In this document: in pieces, positions 13,793 to 26,740 of the stretch | How positions within the stretch are numbered: the first letter of the stretch is position 1 | How the letters are laid out: every line of letters begins with the position of its first letter | Origin: Octopus vulgaris | Taxonomy: Eukaryota | Assembly: GCA_951406725.2 (NCBI GenBank) | Contig: OX597840.1 | Coordinates: 25,606,001 to 25,670,000 of the forward strand | Length of the DNA stretch: 64,000 nucleotides | Direction of reading: 5' to 3' | Program-made: the position numbers and the translations under genes | Notes under the pieces: generated by a model | The model's database searches: none | The model's input: the letters and a program-made list of their open reading frames with translations, nothing else | Told to the model about the DNA's origin: nothing

Positions 13793-14495
13793 GTATGTAT
13801 GTATATATGTATGTATGTATGTATATATATATATGTTTATATATATATGTGTGTATGTATATATATATGTGTGTGTGTATGTATATATATATGTATGTGT
13901 GTGTATGTATATATGTATGTGTGTGTGTATGTATATATGTATGTGTGTGTGTGTGTGTATGTATATATATATGTGTGTGTGTGTATGTATATATATATGT
14001 GACTTTTATCGTAGATGTTCCTGCCGTGACTAGGAACGTGTTCAGACAGAGTGGGACCCCTACGATTTTGCTAATTCGAAGCAAAATAATGAAGAGGGTG
14101 CCATGAAATCTAAGGTTACAAAGTTTAAAAAGCCTTCCATAAATTCAAAAGGACTCAGTTAAAACGAATGGCATTTTAAATCTAAAAGGGCCCATTATAT
14201 GAAAAGAAGGTTGAATAATTTTAAAGGAACCTTAGAATTTTAAAAATTGACAGGTTTAAAAAAAATACAAATTATTTTGCTGTAAACATGGTTCGGGGTT
14301 CAGTTCCAATGCGTGGCACCTTTGGCAAATGTCTTCTACTATAGCCTCGGACCGACCAAAGCCTTGGGAGTGGATTTGGTGGACGGAAACTAAAAGAAGC
14401 CCATTGTATATAAATATGTGTGTGTGTGTGTGTCCAGTTACTGCTTGGCAACCGGTGTTGTGTTTACATCTCCGTAGCGTAGCTGTTCAGGAAAA

Positions 14496-14870
14496 GGCAT
14501 AGGAGTGGCTGTGTGGTAAGTAGCTTGCTTACCAACCACATGGTTGTGGGTTCAATCCCACCTCGTGACACCTTGGGCAAGTGTCTTCTAGTATAGCCTC
14601 GGGCCGACTAAAGCCATGTGAGTGGATTTGGTAGATGGAAACTGAAAGAAGCCCGTCGTATATATATGTATGTGTGTCAGTGTTTGTCCCCCAACATCAC
14701 TTGACAACCGATGATTGTGTGTTTACGTCCCCGTAAACTAGCGGTTCGGCAAAAGAGACCGATAGAATAAGTACTAGGCTTACATAGAATAAGCCCTGGG
14801 GTAGATATGCTCGACTAAAGGCGGTGCTCCAGCATGGCGACAGTCAAATGACTGAAACAAGTAAAAGAGT
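14496..14870 (+). mobile_element. tRNA-derived Octopus-type SINE, type 1 (preceded by a truncated copy at ~14285-14495)
   Basis: Head ggc.caggagtggctgtgtggtaagtagcttgc with A-box TGGCTGTGTGG and B-box-like GGTTCAATCCC, internal (TA/TG)n and a gtaaaagag tail. Many other copies in the window. Confidence 0.85.
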
Positions 14871-15539
14871 ATCTATAATTTATCTGTACAGAAATGTAGG
14901 AAATATTCGCTGTTGCCATTTCTACGGTTTAAATGTATTCTCTATCTTATATTATTTCTGTTGTTTCAGAATAATGGAATAATAGAATTGTTAGAACAGA
15001 AACATCACCAGAATATATTCATCATCTTTTAAAGACTAAAGGAAGGAATTTTTATACAGAATTGATATAACCTCGTTTAATATGAAGCTGAGGTGAAATA
15101 TTTCCTCTTGGGTGAGATTATAAACAACACTTCTCTGTGTTTGCTCTCTGGAACCTGTACGAGATAATCTTGCACTCTAAATAAACTTGGATTCAATTTA
15201 CAAAGGAGATTGCAACGTTTCCAAATTACAGCAGAGATTACAGTTGATGGAAACGTAGCTGAAGGAATATTTGTCAGGAATGATTTATAACAACTAAACT
15301 AGAAGATATATATTTTGGTGAAAGAAGAAAAATTATTGAAGTTTTCATGATGCAGAGAAGATAAAGGATTGATTTTTTTTTCCCCTGAAGAGTTGTCAAA
15401 TAAGTGATGGAAATTATGTGACTGCAATATCTGTAAAAATATCAGTCTCTCAGAGAAAGCATATTCAAACAGAGGAACACCTTTATCACTGTGATATCTG
15501 TAGAAGCTTAAAGACCCAGAAACCTATTCATACAGGAAA

Positions 15540-16490
<951 letters not shown>

Positions 16491-16734
16491 ATCGCTATAT
16501 TATCTCTAGTAAATCATTCTCCCAAATCATCTTCTGTCTTATGATAATGAGTTTATTGTAAACTGTGCTCATTGGAAAAAGTTGAATGAAGAAATAGAAA
16601 GGAGACATATAGTTGTGAACTAAAGACAGCAGTGAAAGCTTGAAGTAGATGCACTGTACACAATAAAACACAAAATGTCCCCAGAAATGCATGCACGGAT
16701 TGAACCACAAAGAGGAAAGAGACCATAGGAAAAT

Positions 16735-16985
16735 CAGGGGTAGTGATGACGTATTTGGGGAAACCTGAAAGTTTTGAAGGTTGCAGTCAACGTATAGTTT
16801 ATTCCCCGCTTCACTAATTGTGCACATGAAAAAATATCTCTGAAAGCCATGGGTGCTGCACTGTTTTTTTGTTTTTAATTTTATAAGCATGTCCATGGCT
16901 AGTTGAGGTATGGACTTCAAAAAAGTGAACAAAGTTGCTGGAAAGATGGTAGATAATCTTGCAAACTTCAATCAAATCAGACATT
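16735..16985 (-). mobile_element. CR1/L2-type LINE RT C-terminal fragment
   Basis: Translates to DLIEVCKII...TSHGHAYKIK...RYFF...EAGNKL...TFK, matching the DLIE.YKI..TRGH..KL..FFS.RV...WN.L pattern. Homologous to 63381-63660. Confidence 0.7.
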
Positions 16986-17819
16986 TGACATCAAAACTAA
17001 GGCGTAAAATGTTATCCTTGTACCATGACTTCTTCGTTTCGACCAAGTCTCTCAAAAATCATTATTTAACTGGACACAAATGTATACACACAGAAGAGGA
17101 ACCTTTGTTATAAATGAAGTGTGTAATATTCTGTGTGAATTGCCACAATTGTTTGTCTACGTTCTGAGTTCAAATTCTGCCGATGTCGACTTCACCTTTC
17201 TTCCTTTCGGGGTCGATTAAATAAGTACCAGTTACGCACTGAGGTCGACGTAATCGACTTAATCCGTCTGTCTGTCCTAGTTTGTGCTCTCTGTGTTTAG
17301 CCCCTTGTGGGCAATAAAACAAAAAAAATAGATACTTTCGACTCGGATAGGAATGGGCCCCGCGAGGTCTAAAATGCCAAATACATGCTGGTTTTTTCGC
17401 AACAGCCTCAACAAGAGTTGAAGAAGCAATGCAAAGCCAAGAAAAAGAGTTACTTCCCCTGGCAATTAATTGTTTAAGACCTTTAAAAACGGTCGCACCT
17501 GCTCCTGTTTAATTACCCATCCTTTTAACGGACAGAATTGAACTTATAGGACTGATAATCAACCGTGTAAAGGTATACAAACAGCATTCTTTTATTATGT
17601 AGATTTCAAAAAATATAAACCAACGTTTGTTGTAAAAACCTAGAAATTCTTTCAAAGCTGTTATTGTCCGCTCTGACTTCAGTTCCGTCACATCTTCCCC
17701 GTTGACTCTCTATATTAATATGTAAGTATTATATACACACAAGCATTTATATTGTATACATGTCATAAGTACGTATGTTTATTTTGAAGCTTATTTTGAT
17801 GATAAACGTTACTGAAGCC

Positions 17820-18325
17820 ATAATTCCGCCGTGGTCGACTTTGCCTTTCGTCCTTTCGGGGTCGATAAATTAAGTACCAGTTATGTACTGGGATCGATCT
17901 AATCGACTTAATACCTATGTTTGTCCTTGTTTAGCCCCTTGTGGGTAGTAAAGAAATAGGTATTTCGCCTGATGTTACTTTCTGAGTTCAAATTCCACCG
18001 AGATCGACTTTGCCTTTCATCCTTTCGGGGACGATTAAATAAGTACCAGTTACGCACTGGGGTTGATGTAGTCGACTTAATCCCTTTATCTGTCCTTGTT
18101 TGTCCTCTCTGTGTTTGGCCCCTTGTGGGTAGTAAAGAATTAGGCATTTCGTCTGCCGTTACGTTCTGAGTTCAAATTCCACCGAGATCCACTTTGCCTT
18201 TCGTCCTTTCGGGGACGATTAAATAAGTGCCAGTTACGCAGTAGGGTCGATATAATCGACTTAATCCCTTTGTCTGTCCTTGTTTTCCCCCTCTGTGTTT
18301 AGCTCTTGTGGGCAATAAAGAAATA
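17820..18325 (+). mobile_element. Three tandem 5'-truncated copies of Octopus-type SINE type 2
   Basis: Repeated ttctgagttcaaattcc.ccgag.tcgactttgcctttc.tcctttcgggg...gcccttgtggg.a.taaagaaatagg. Further copies at ~17155-17320, 18570-18743 (-), 24507-24700, 31924-32125 and 58548-58775. Confidence 0.8.
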
Positions 18326-18745
18326 GGTAGGTTTCTTATTGCTTTCAACGTTTCGTTCTCCCTCTGAAACTCCACTCTAATTTTCGATATTCCCTAAATC
18401 TTAATATCAAATACCGACAGAAAGAGGAAGTTTATGATGATCCTTCGGTATAGGTACACACGTGATTTTATTTACATTTCTGAAGATAACAGAAACCCTT
18501 GTCTCCTACCCCTAACCCCCCATATATAAAAAGAAACACTTTCTTGAAATGTATCCGGTACTTATACCTATTTCTTTACTACCCACAAGGGGCTAAACAC
18601 AGAGGGGACAAACAAGGACAGACAAACGGATTAAGTCGATTGTATATACCCAGTGCATAACTGGTACTTAATTTATCGACCCCGAAAGGATGAAAGGCAA
18701 AGTCGACCTCGGCGGAATTTGAACTCACAACGTAACGACAGACCC

Positions 18746-18836
<91 letters not shown>

Positions 18837-18845
18837 GTATATATA

Positions 18846-19230
18846 GTTGTCCAACGTCCCCTGTAAAGGTAACAGCGTCACCCTTTTGCAATACCCTTAA
18901 AACCAAGCACTTTTCAGGACCAGCCCCGCCACCCTACGCATGAATTCACAAAAGAATTGTGAAAACCAGATCCATAAATACGAAGCACGTGGTTAAAGGA
19001 AAAACGAAATGTTTCTCTAATTTCAACCAATCAGATCCATCCATTCCCGACACTGCGGACACCGTCGCAACAGTTTCCTCTTCTTAATTTCCCCAACATC
19101 AATATTTGCATTTCTTTTTTGATGTGGAAACCGAAGTGAAGCCCACTTGATCGAACCCACAGTCGGAAGCGTCTGAACCGTGAACGCCCTGTCACGTTTT
19201 TAACTGCTATTTCCAGCAGTTCCCTTACTG
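18846..19230 (+). promoter_or_regulatory. Probable promoter and non-coding first exon of ZNF family A copy 2
   Basis: Unique, CpG-richer segment with a GC-box-like ccccgccc and CCAATCAGA (~19028), ending at donor-like ctg|GTTCGT (19231). Candidate acceptor tttctgttgtttcAG| at 20265. No transcript evidence is available. Confidence 0.5.
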
Positions 19231-19789
19231 GTTCGTATATATTTTTATGTTCTGTTGTTGTTCTTGTTGCTGTTTAACCCCAGGTCGACTCATAGCAGGA
19301 CTTTTATCGTAGATGTTCCTGCCGTGACTAGGAACGTGTTCAGACAGAGTGGGACCCCTACGATTTTGCTAATTCGAAGCAAAATAATGAAGAGGGTGCC
19401 ATGAAATCTAAGGTTACAAAGTTTAAAAAGCCCTCGATAAATTCAAAGGGACTCAGTTAAAACGAATGGCTTTTTAAATCTAAAAGGGCCCATTATATTA
19501 AAAGAAGGTTGAATAATTTTAAAGGAACCTTAGAATTTTAAAAATTGCCAGGTTTAAAAAGAAAATACAAATTATTTTGCTGTAAACATGGTTCGGGGTT
19601 CAGTTCCAGTGCGTGTCACCTTGGGCAAATGTCTTCTACTATTGCCTCGAGCCGACCAAAGCCTTGTGAGTGGATTTGGTGGACGGAAACTGAAAGAAAC
19701 CCGTTGTATATAAATATGTGTGTGTGTCCAGTTACTGCGTGGCAACTGGTGTTGTGTTTACATCTCTGTAACGTAGCTGTTCAGGAAAA

Positions 19790-20166
19790 GGCATAGGAGG
19801 GGCTGTGTGGTAAGTAGCTTGCTTACCAACCACATGGTTCCCGGTTCAAACCCACCTCGTGACACCTTGGGCAAGTGTCTTCTAGTATAGCCTCAGGCCG
19901 ACTAAAGCCTTCTGAGTTGATTTGGTAGATGGAAACTGAAAGAAGCCTGTCGTATATATATGTATGTGTGTATCTGTGTTTGTCCCCCAACATCACTTGA
20001 GAACCGATGCTGGTGTGTTTACGTCCCCGTAAACTAGCGGTTCGGCAAAAGAGACCGATAGAATAAGTACTAGGCTTACATAGAATAAGCCCTGGGATAG
20101 ATATGCTCGACTAAAGGCAGTGCTCCAGCATGGCCACAGCCAAATGACTGAAACAAGTAAAAGAGT
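19790..20166 (+). mobile_element. SINE type 1 in the inferred intron of ZNF-A copy 2
   Basis: Paralog of 14496-14870. Confidence 0.85.
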
Positions 20167-20902
20167 ATCTATAATTTATCTGTACAGAAATGTAGGAAAT
20201 ATTCGCTGTTGCCATTTCTACGGTTTAAATGTATTCTCTATCTTATATTATTTCTGTTGTTTCAGAATAATGGAATAATAGAATTGTTAGAACAGAAACA
20301 TCACCAGAATATATTCATCATCTTTTAAAGACTAAAGGAAGGAATTTTTATACAGAATTGATATTACCTCGTTTAATATGAAGCTGAGGTGAAATATTTC
20401 CTCTTGGGTGAGATTATAAACAACACTTCTCTGTGTTTGCTCTCTGGAACCTGTACGAGATAATCTTGCACTCTAAATAAACTTGGATTCAATTTACAAA
20501 GGAGATTGCAACGTTTCCAAATTACAGCAGAGATTACAGTTGATGGAAACGTAGCTGAAGGAATATTTGTCAGGAATGATTTATAACAACTAAACTAGAA
20601 GATATATATTTTGGTGAAAGAAGAAAAATTATTGAAGTTTTCATGATGCAGAGAAGATAAAGGATTGATTTTTTTTTCCCCTGAAGAGTTGTCACATAAG
20701 TGATGGAAATTATGTGACTGCAATATCTGTAAAAATATCAGTCTCTCAGAGAAAGCATATTCATACAGAGGAACACCTTTATCACTGTGATATCTGTAGA
20801 AGCTTAAAGACCCAGAAACCTATTCATACAGGAAAGAAATATCCATCAGTGTGATACGTGTGGTAAATCATTCTTGCAAATCCATCGTTTAACTGTTTAC
20901 AA

Positions 20903-21760
20903 ATGTATTATACAGGAAAGAAATCATATCAATGTGATATCTGTGGTAAATCATTCTCTCAAACATCTAGTTTGACTAATCACAGACGTATTCATACAGG
21001 AGAGAAACCATATCAGTGTGATATCTGTGGAGAATCATTCTCTCAGAATCATAACTTAACCAGTCACAAACGTATTCATACAGGTGAGAAACCATATCAG
21101 TGTGATATATGTGGTGAATCATTCTCTCAGAATCAAAACTTAACCAGTCACAAACGTATTCATACAGGTGAGAAACCATATCAGTGTGATATATGTGGTG
21201 AATCATTCTCTCAGAATCACCACTTAACTACTCACAAATACATTCACACAGGAGAGAAACCATATCAGTGTGATATTTGTGGTAAATCTTTCTCCCATAG
21301 CGGTAGCTTAACTAAACATAAACGTATTCATACAGGGGAGAAACCATATCAGTGTGATATCTGTGGAGAGTCATTCTCTCAGAATCAAAACCTAACGAGT
21401 CACCATCGTATTCATACAGGTGAGAAACCATATCAGTGTGATATCTGTGGTAAATCTTTCTCTCGTAATAGTGATGTAACTAATCACAAACATATTCATA
21501 CCGGAGAGAAACCATATCAGTGTGATATCTGTGGAGAATCATTCTCTCGAAATCACCACTTAACTACTCACAAATACATTCATACAGGTGAGAAACCATA
21601 TCAGTGTGATATTTGTGGTAAATCTTTCTCTCGTAATAGTGATGTAACTAGACATAAACGTATTCATACAGGGGAGAAACCATATCAGTGTGATGTCTGT
21701 GGAGAATCATTCACTCAGAATCAAAACCTAACTAGTCACAACCGTATTCATACAGGATAG
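20903..21760 (+). CDS. C2H2 zinc-finger protein, 10 tandem fingers, no recognisable effector domain
   Basis: 285 aa = MYYTG + 10 x 28-aa CX2C-X12-HX3H fingers with TGEKPY linkers. Confidence 0.88.
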   Translation: MYYTGKKSYQCDICGKSFSQTSSLTNHRRIHTGEKPYQCDICGESFSQNHNLTSHKRIHTGEKPYQCDICGESFSQNQNLTSHKRIHTGEKPYQCDICGESFSQNHHLTTHKYIHTGEKPYQCDICGKSFSHSGSLTKHKRIHTGEKPYQCDICGESFSQNQNLTSHHRIHTGEKPYQCDICGKSFSRNSDVTNHKHIHTGEKPYQCDICGESFSRNHHLTTHKYIHTGEKPYQCDICGKSFSRNSDVTRHKRIHTGEKPYQCDVCGESFTQNQNLTSHNRIHTG

Positions 21761-22179
21761 AAACCATATCACTGTGATATCTGCAGCAGATCATTTCCTC
21801 AGAATCATCACTTATCTAATCACAAATGCATCCATATGTTGGAAAAATAAAGTCAACGTGATATCTGCGGAGAATCATTCTCTCAAAGTGCTGAGTTAAT
21901 TTCCCATAAATGCATCCATCCAGCATAGAAACTACATCGCTATATTATCTCTAGTAAATCATTCTCCCAAATCATCTTCTGTCTTATGATAATGAGTTTA
22001 TTGTAAACTGTGCTCATTGGAAAAAGTTGAATGAAGAAATAGAAAGGAGACATATAGTTGTGAACTAAAGACAGCAGTGAAAGCTTGAAGTAGATGCACT
22101 GTACACAATAAAACACAAAATGTCCCCAGAAATGCATGCACGGATTGAACCACAAAGAGGAAAGAGACCATAGGAAAAT

Positions 22180-22432
22180 CAGGGGTAGTGATGACGTATT
22201 TGGGGAAACCTGAAAGTTTTGAAGGTTGCAGTCAACGTATAGTTTATTCCCCGCTTCACTAATTGTGCACATGAAAAAATATCTCTGAAAGCCATGGGTG
22301 CTGCACTGTTTTTTTGTTTTTTTAATTTTATAAGCATGTCCATGGCTAGTTGAGGTATGGACTTCAAAAAAGTGAACAAAGTTGCTGGAAAGATGGTAGA
22401 TAATCTTGCAAACTTCAATCAAATCAGACATT
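22180..22432 (-). mobile_element. CR1/L2-type LINE RT C-terminal fragment (paralog of 16735-16985)
   Basis: ORF 21940..22431 begins SDLIEVCKII...HGHAYKIK...FF...EAGNKL. Confidence 0.7.
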
Positions 22433-22744
22433 TGACATCAAAACTAAGGCGTAAAATGTTATCCTTGTACCATGACTTCTTCTTTTCGACCAAGTCTCTC
22501 AAAAATCATTATTTAACTGGACACAAATGTATACACACAGAAGAGGAACCTTTGTTATAAATGAAGTGTGTAATATTCTGTGTGAATTGCCACAATTGTT
22601 TGTCATCACCTTTGTAAGGGCCAAAATCTTGAATGGTAACCTCATCAACCTTTGTGAATATTTATAATGTGAAATCTAAATAAAGCTGTTTTACACTTTA
22701 AGTATTCTTCTGTCATTTTGTATGTCCAACATCTAAAACCAAGA

Positions 22745-22955
22745 CTTGTGTTCTTTCATGCATATAGTGGGGGTGGGGTTCACTTATGAAACTCAATGGA
22801 AGGATGCACAATTGCCCCAGATTATTTCCATACCCATCATTATTTATGCTGTCCCCTAAGCGAATATATGAAGCAACCTGGAGCTGTTTTTGGTGTGTTC
22901 TTACATAGGTGAGACTTTGATTCAATCTTGGCATACATGTCAACAAAAAATTCAT
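22745..22955 (-). mobile_element. Helitron Rep fragment (short paralog of 29945-30350)
   Basis: LTYVRTHQKQL...LGQLCILPLSFISEP..YMHERTQ. Confidence 0.7.
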
Positions 22956-22958
22956 CAA

Positions 22959-23625
22959 CATCATCGTTTAACCTCTGTTCTCCATGCTAGTACGGGTAGG
23001 ACGGTTCGACTGGGGTCTGGGAAACCAGGACGCTGCAACAGTGGCACTTCACACATTTCTCCACATCCATCCGCAGTACATGACCATACCAGCGCAAACG
23101 TCTCTCTTGCACACCACATCTGATGCTTCTTATGTCCAGCATTTCTCTCAGGGTGCTTACACTCTGTCGAGCGTGAACACTGACATTACACATCTAGCGG
23201 ATCATGTTAGCTTCATTTCTTTCAAGTCTACGCATGTCCTCTGCAGTCACAGCCCATGTTTCACTACCGTGAAGCATACCAATTCGCACACATGCATCAT
23301 ACAATCTAACTTTCACTCTGAGCGAGAGACCCTTTGTCACCAGTAGGGGTAGGAGCTTTCTAAACTTTGCCCAGGCTATTCGTATTCTAGTTGTGACTCT
23401 CTCAGCATCCACCCCCACTACTAACTTGGTCACCTAGGTAGCAGAGACTATCAACTACTTCTAGTTTCTCCCCCTGGAGTGTGATGGAATCTGTTTTCTG
23501 AGTATCTGTGGTGTCTATTGTCCCTGTGCATTTGCTGCACCTGAAAGCTATCTTCTCAGTTAATTTTCCTTTGATGTTGCTTCACCTCTTATGTGTCCAT
23601 AGCTTACACTGGGTACATTTTATCA
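22959..23625 (-). mobile_element. RTE-clade LINE, RT C-terminal fragment with (GAT)n tail, internally deleted
   Basis: RIRIAWAKFRKLLPLL...KVRLYDACVRIGMLHGSETWA...LERNE.MIR.MC...RRLRWYGHVLRM. The + strand begins catcatcgtttaac (tail). Confidence 0.88.
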
Positions 23626-23889
23626 ATTCCTACTTACTGGCATAGGTCAAACGGTTTGACTGGAACTGGTAAGCCAGAGAGCTTCACCAAGTTCCAATCT
23701 GATTTGGCACGGCTTCTACGGTTGGATGTCCTTCCTAACACCAACCAGTCCAAGAGTGTAATGGATGCTTTTAGCGTGTCACGTGCACGGGTGCCAGTTA
23801 CGTGACACCAGCATAGACCACAACTACAAATTCACTTTGCTTGACGAGTCTTCCCAACATGATAATAATGAGGATGAAGAAGAATTATC

Positions 23890-24289
23890 AGATCTTCTCA
23901 CTTTGACCGGCAGATTTTTTAAATAATTTCTTTGTAACTAAACACTTTTAAACTTCGTATACTGGTAGAATGTGTTTATAAAACATCTTTTCTCTTGGAT
24001 TTCTTGAGAAAATTCTGTAGTTTGTATGCTATTTCTTGTTTAATTTCTCACCGGACGTTGTTGTTGAACTTGTTGACAAACAACAGCAGTAATTGTATTC
24101 ACCTCAATAGATGTCATTGATTGGTTGAAATTGCCAAAATCCGAGAAATTTAACAAGAAATAGCTTAAAAACTACAGAATTTTCTCAAGGGAGCCAAGAG
24201 AAAAAGATGTTTTATAAACACATTCTACCAGTATACGAAGTTTACAAAGAAATTATTTTAAAAATCTGACGGTTAAAGCGAAAAGATCC
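23890..24289. mobile_element. Long-TIR MITE with 8-bp TSD (Merlin- or hAT-like)
   Basis: Terminal inverted repeats over >100 bp, from (a)gatcttctcactttgacc to ggttaaagcgaaaagatcc. TSD GAATTATC at 23882-23889 and 24290-24297. Confidence 0.85.
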
Positions 24290-24428
24290 GAATTATCAAA
24301 TAAACTATATAAAGTACCCCAGGACTTATTTAGATGAAGACTGATGTTGGAAAATAGAATCGTGTGCATGTATGTAAGCTTAACAGACATTCACAAGCGA
24401 GTATGACTTGAGAGCTTAGATGATGCTT

Positions 24429-24599
24429 TCGACCCCGAAAGGATGAAAGGTAAAGTCGACCTCGGCGGAATTTGAACTCAGAACGTAGCATCAGACGAAA
24501 TACTGCCGGGCGAAATGCTCAGCAGTATTTCGTCTGATGCTACGTTCTGAGTTCAAATTCTGCCGAGGTCGACTTTACCTTTCATCCTTTCGGGGTCGA
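24429..24599. repeat. Near-perfect 78-bp inverted repeat built from SINE type 2 sequence (15-bp spacer)
   Basis: Arms 24429-24506 and 24522-24599 are reverse complements with a single G-U-compatible mismatch. Confidence 0.92.
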
Positions 24600-25321
24600 T
24601 GAAATAAGTACCAGGTACGCACTGAGTTCGACGTAATCGACTTAATCCGTCTGTCCTAGTTTGTCCTCTTTGTGTTTAGCCCCTTGTGGGCAATAAAAAA
24701 AAATAGATGCTTTCAACTCGGAGAGGAATGGGCCCCGCGAGGTCTAAAATGCCAAATACATGCTGGTTTTTTCGCAACAGCCTCAACAAGAGTTGAAGAA
24801 GCAATGCAAAGCCAAGAAAAAGAGTTACTTCCCCTGGCAATTAATTGTTTAAGACCTTTAAAAATGGTCGCACCTGCTCCTGTTTAATTACCCATCCTTT
24901 TAACGGACAGAATTGAACTTATTGGACTGATAATCAACCGTGTAAACGTATACAAACAGCATTCTTTTATTATGTAGATTTCAAAAAATATAAACCAACG
25001 TTTGTTGTAAAAACCTAGAACTTCTTTCGAAGCTGTTATTGTCCGCTCTGACTTCAGTTCCGTCACATCTTCCCCGTTGACTCTCTATATTAATATGTAA
25101 GTATTATATACACACAAGCATTTATATTGTATACATGTCATAAGCACGTATGTTTATTTTGAAGCTTATTTTGATGATAAACGTTACTGAAGGTATAATT
25201 CCCTAAATCTTAATATCAAAACTGAATCCAGTGCATAACTGGTACTTTAATTTATCGACCCCGAAAGGATGAAAGGCCAAGTTGACCTCGGCGGAATTTG
25301 AACTCACAACGTAACGACAGA

Positions 25322-25412
<91 letters not shown>

Positions 25413-25420
25413 ATATATAT

Positions 25421-25805
25421 AGTTGTCCTACGTCCCCTGTAAAGGTAACAGCGTCACCCTCTTGCAATACCCTTAAAACCAAGCACTTTACAGCACCAGC
25501 CCCGCCATCCTATGCACGAATTCACAAAAGAATTGTGAAACCCAGATCCATAAATACGAAGAACGTGGTTAAGGAAAAATGAAATGTTTCTCTAATTTCA
25601 ACCAATCAGATCCATCCATTCCCGACACTGCGGACACCGTCGCAACCGTTTCCTCTTCTTAATTTCCCCAACATCAATATTTGCATTTCTTTTTTGATGT
25701 GGAAACCGAAGTGAAGCCCACTTGATCGAACCCACAGTCGGAAGCGTCTGAACCATGACCACCCTGTCACGTTTTTAGCTGCTATTTCCAGCAGTTCCCT
25801 TACTG
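25421..25805 (+). promoter_or_regulatory. Probable promoter and first exon of ZNF family A copy 3
   Basis: Paralog of 18846-19230. Donor-like GTTCGT at 25806; candidate acceptor AG at 26838-26839. Confidence 0.5.
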
Positions 25806-26365
25806 GTTCGTATATATTTTTATGTTCTGTTCTTGTTCTTGTTGCTGTTTAACCCCAGGTCGACTCATAGCAGGACTTTTATCGTAGATGTTCCTGCCGT
25901 GACTAGGAACGTGTTCAGACAGAGTGGGACCCCTACGATTTTCCTAATTCGAAGCAAAATAATGAAGAGGGTGCCATGAAATCTAAGGTTACAAAGTTTA
26001 AAAAGCCCTCGATATATTCAAAAGGACTCAGTTAAAACGAATGGCTTTTTAAATCTAAAAGGGCCCATTATATGAAAAGAAGGTTGAATAATTTTAAAGG
26101 AACCTTAGAATTTAAAAAATGGACAGGTTTAAAAAAACAATCAAATTATTTTGCCGTAAACATGGTTCAGGGTTCAGTTCCAGTGCGTGGCACCTTGGGC
26201 AAGTGTCTTCTACTATAGCCTCGGGCCGACCAAAGCCTTGGGAGTGGATTTGGTGGACGGAAACTGAAAGAAGCCCATTGTATATAAATATGTGTGTGTG
26301 TGTCCAGTTACTGCGTGGCAACTGGTGTTGTGTTTACATCTCCGTAACGTAGCTGTTCAGGAAAA

Positions 26366-26740
26366 GGCGTAGGAGTGGCTGTGTGGTAAGTAGCTTGCTT
26401 ACCAACCACATGGTTCCGGGTTCAATCCCACCTCGTGACACCTTGGGCAAGTGTCTTCTAGTATAGCCTTAGGCTGACTAAAGCCATGTGAGTGGATTTG
26501 GTAGATGGAAACTGAAAGAAGCCCGTCGTATATATATGTATGTGTGTCTGTGTTTGTCTCCCAACATCACTTGACAACCGATGCTTGTGTGTTTACGTCC
26601 CCGTAAAGTAGCGGTTCGGCAAAAGAGACCGATAGAATAAGTACTAGGCTTCAATAGAATAAGCCCTGGGGTAGATATGCTCGACTAAAGGCGGTGCTCC
26701 AGCATGGCCACAGTGAAATGACTGAAGCAAGTATAAGAGT
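26366..26740 (+). mobile_element. SINE type 1 in the inferred intron of ZNF-A copy 3
   Basis: Paralog of 14496-14870. Confidence 0.85.

Larger units (their letters stand above)
1..14000. repeat. Tandem array of a ~1.33 kb unit: element A - (TG/TA)n microsatellite block - element B - CT-rich body
   Basis: The anchor gttactgtctccaaaaaagatttttcg recurs near 227, 1550, 2870, 4232, 5580, 6910, 8237, 9561, 10896, 12226 and 13515. Units differ mainly in microsatellite length and 1-bp indels. The array runs off the left edge. Confidence 0.97.

Noticed and set aside
1-14000. CRISPR-like or rDNA/snRNA/histone tandem array
   Set aside because: No unique spacers and no cas genes in a eukaryotic context; no recognisable rRNA, 5S, U-snRNA or histone sequence in the unit.
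383-14106. Many ORFs rich in YI/CV/VY dipeptides (also 36.1-37.4 kb, 43.7-45.5 kb, 55.9 kb, 57.9 kb)
   Set aside because: Translations of (TA)n/(TG)n microsatellites, which lack stop codons; no coding signal.
17330-17820. Short ORFs in the conserved block upstream of ZNF-A promoters (also 24700-25200)
   Set aside because: Conserved only through recent duplication; I could not recognise a protein family.
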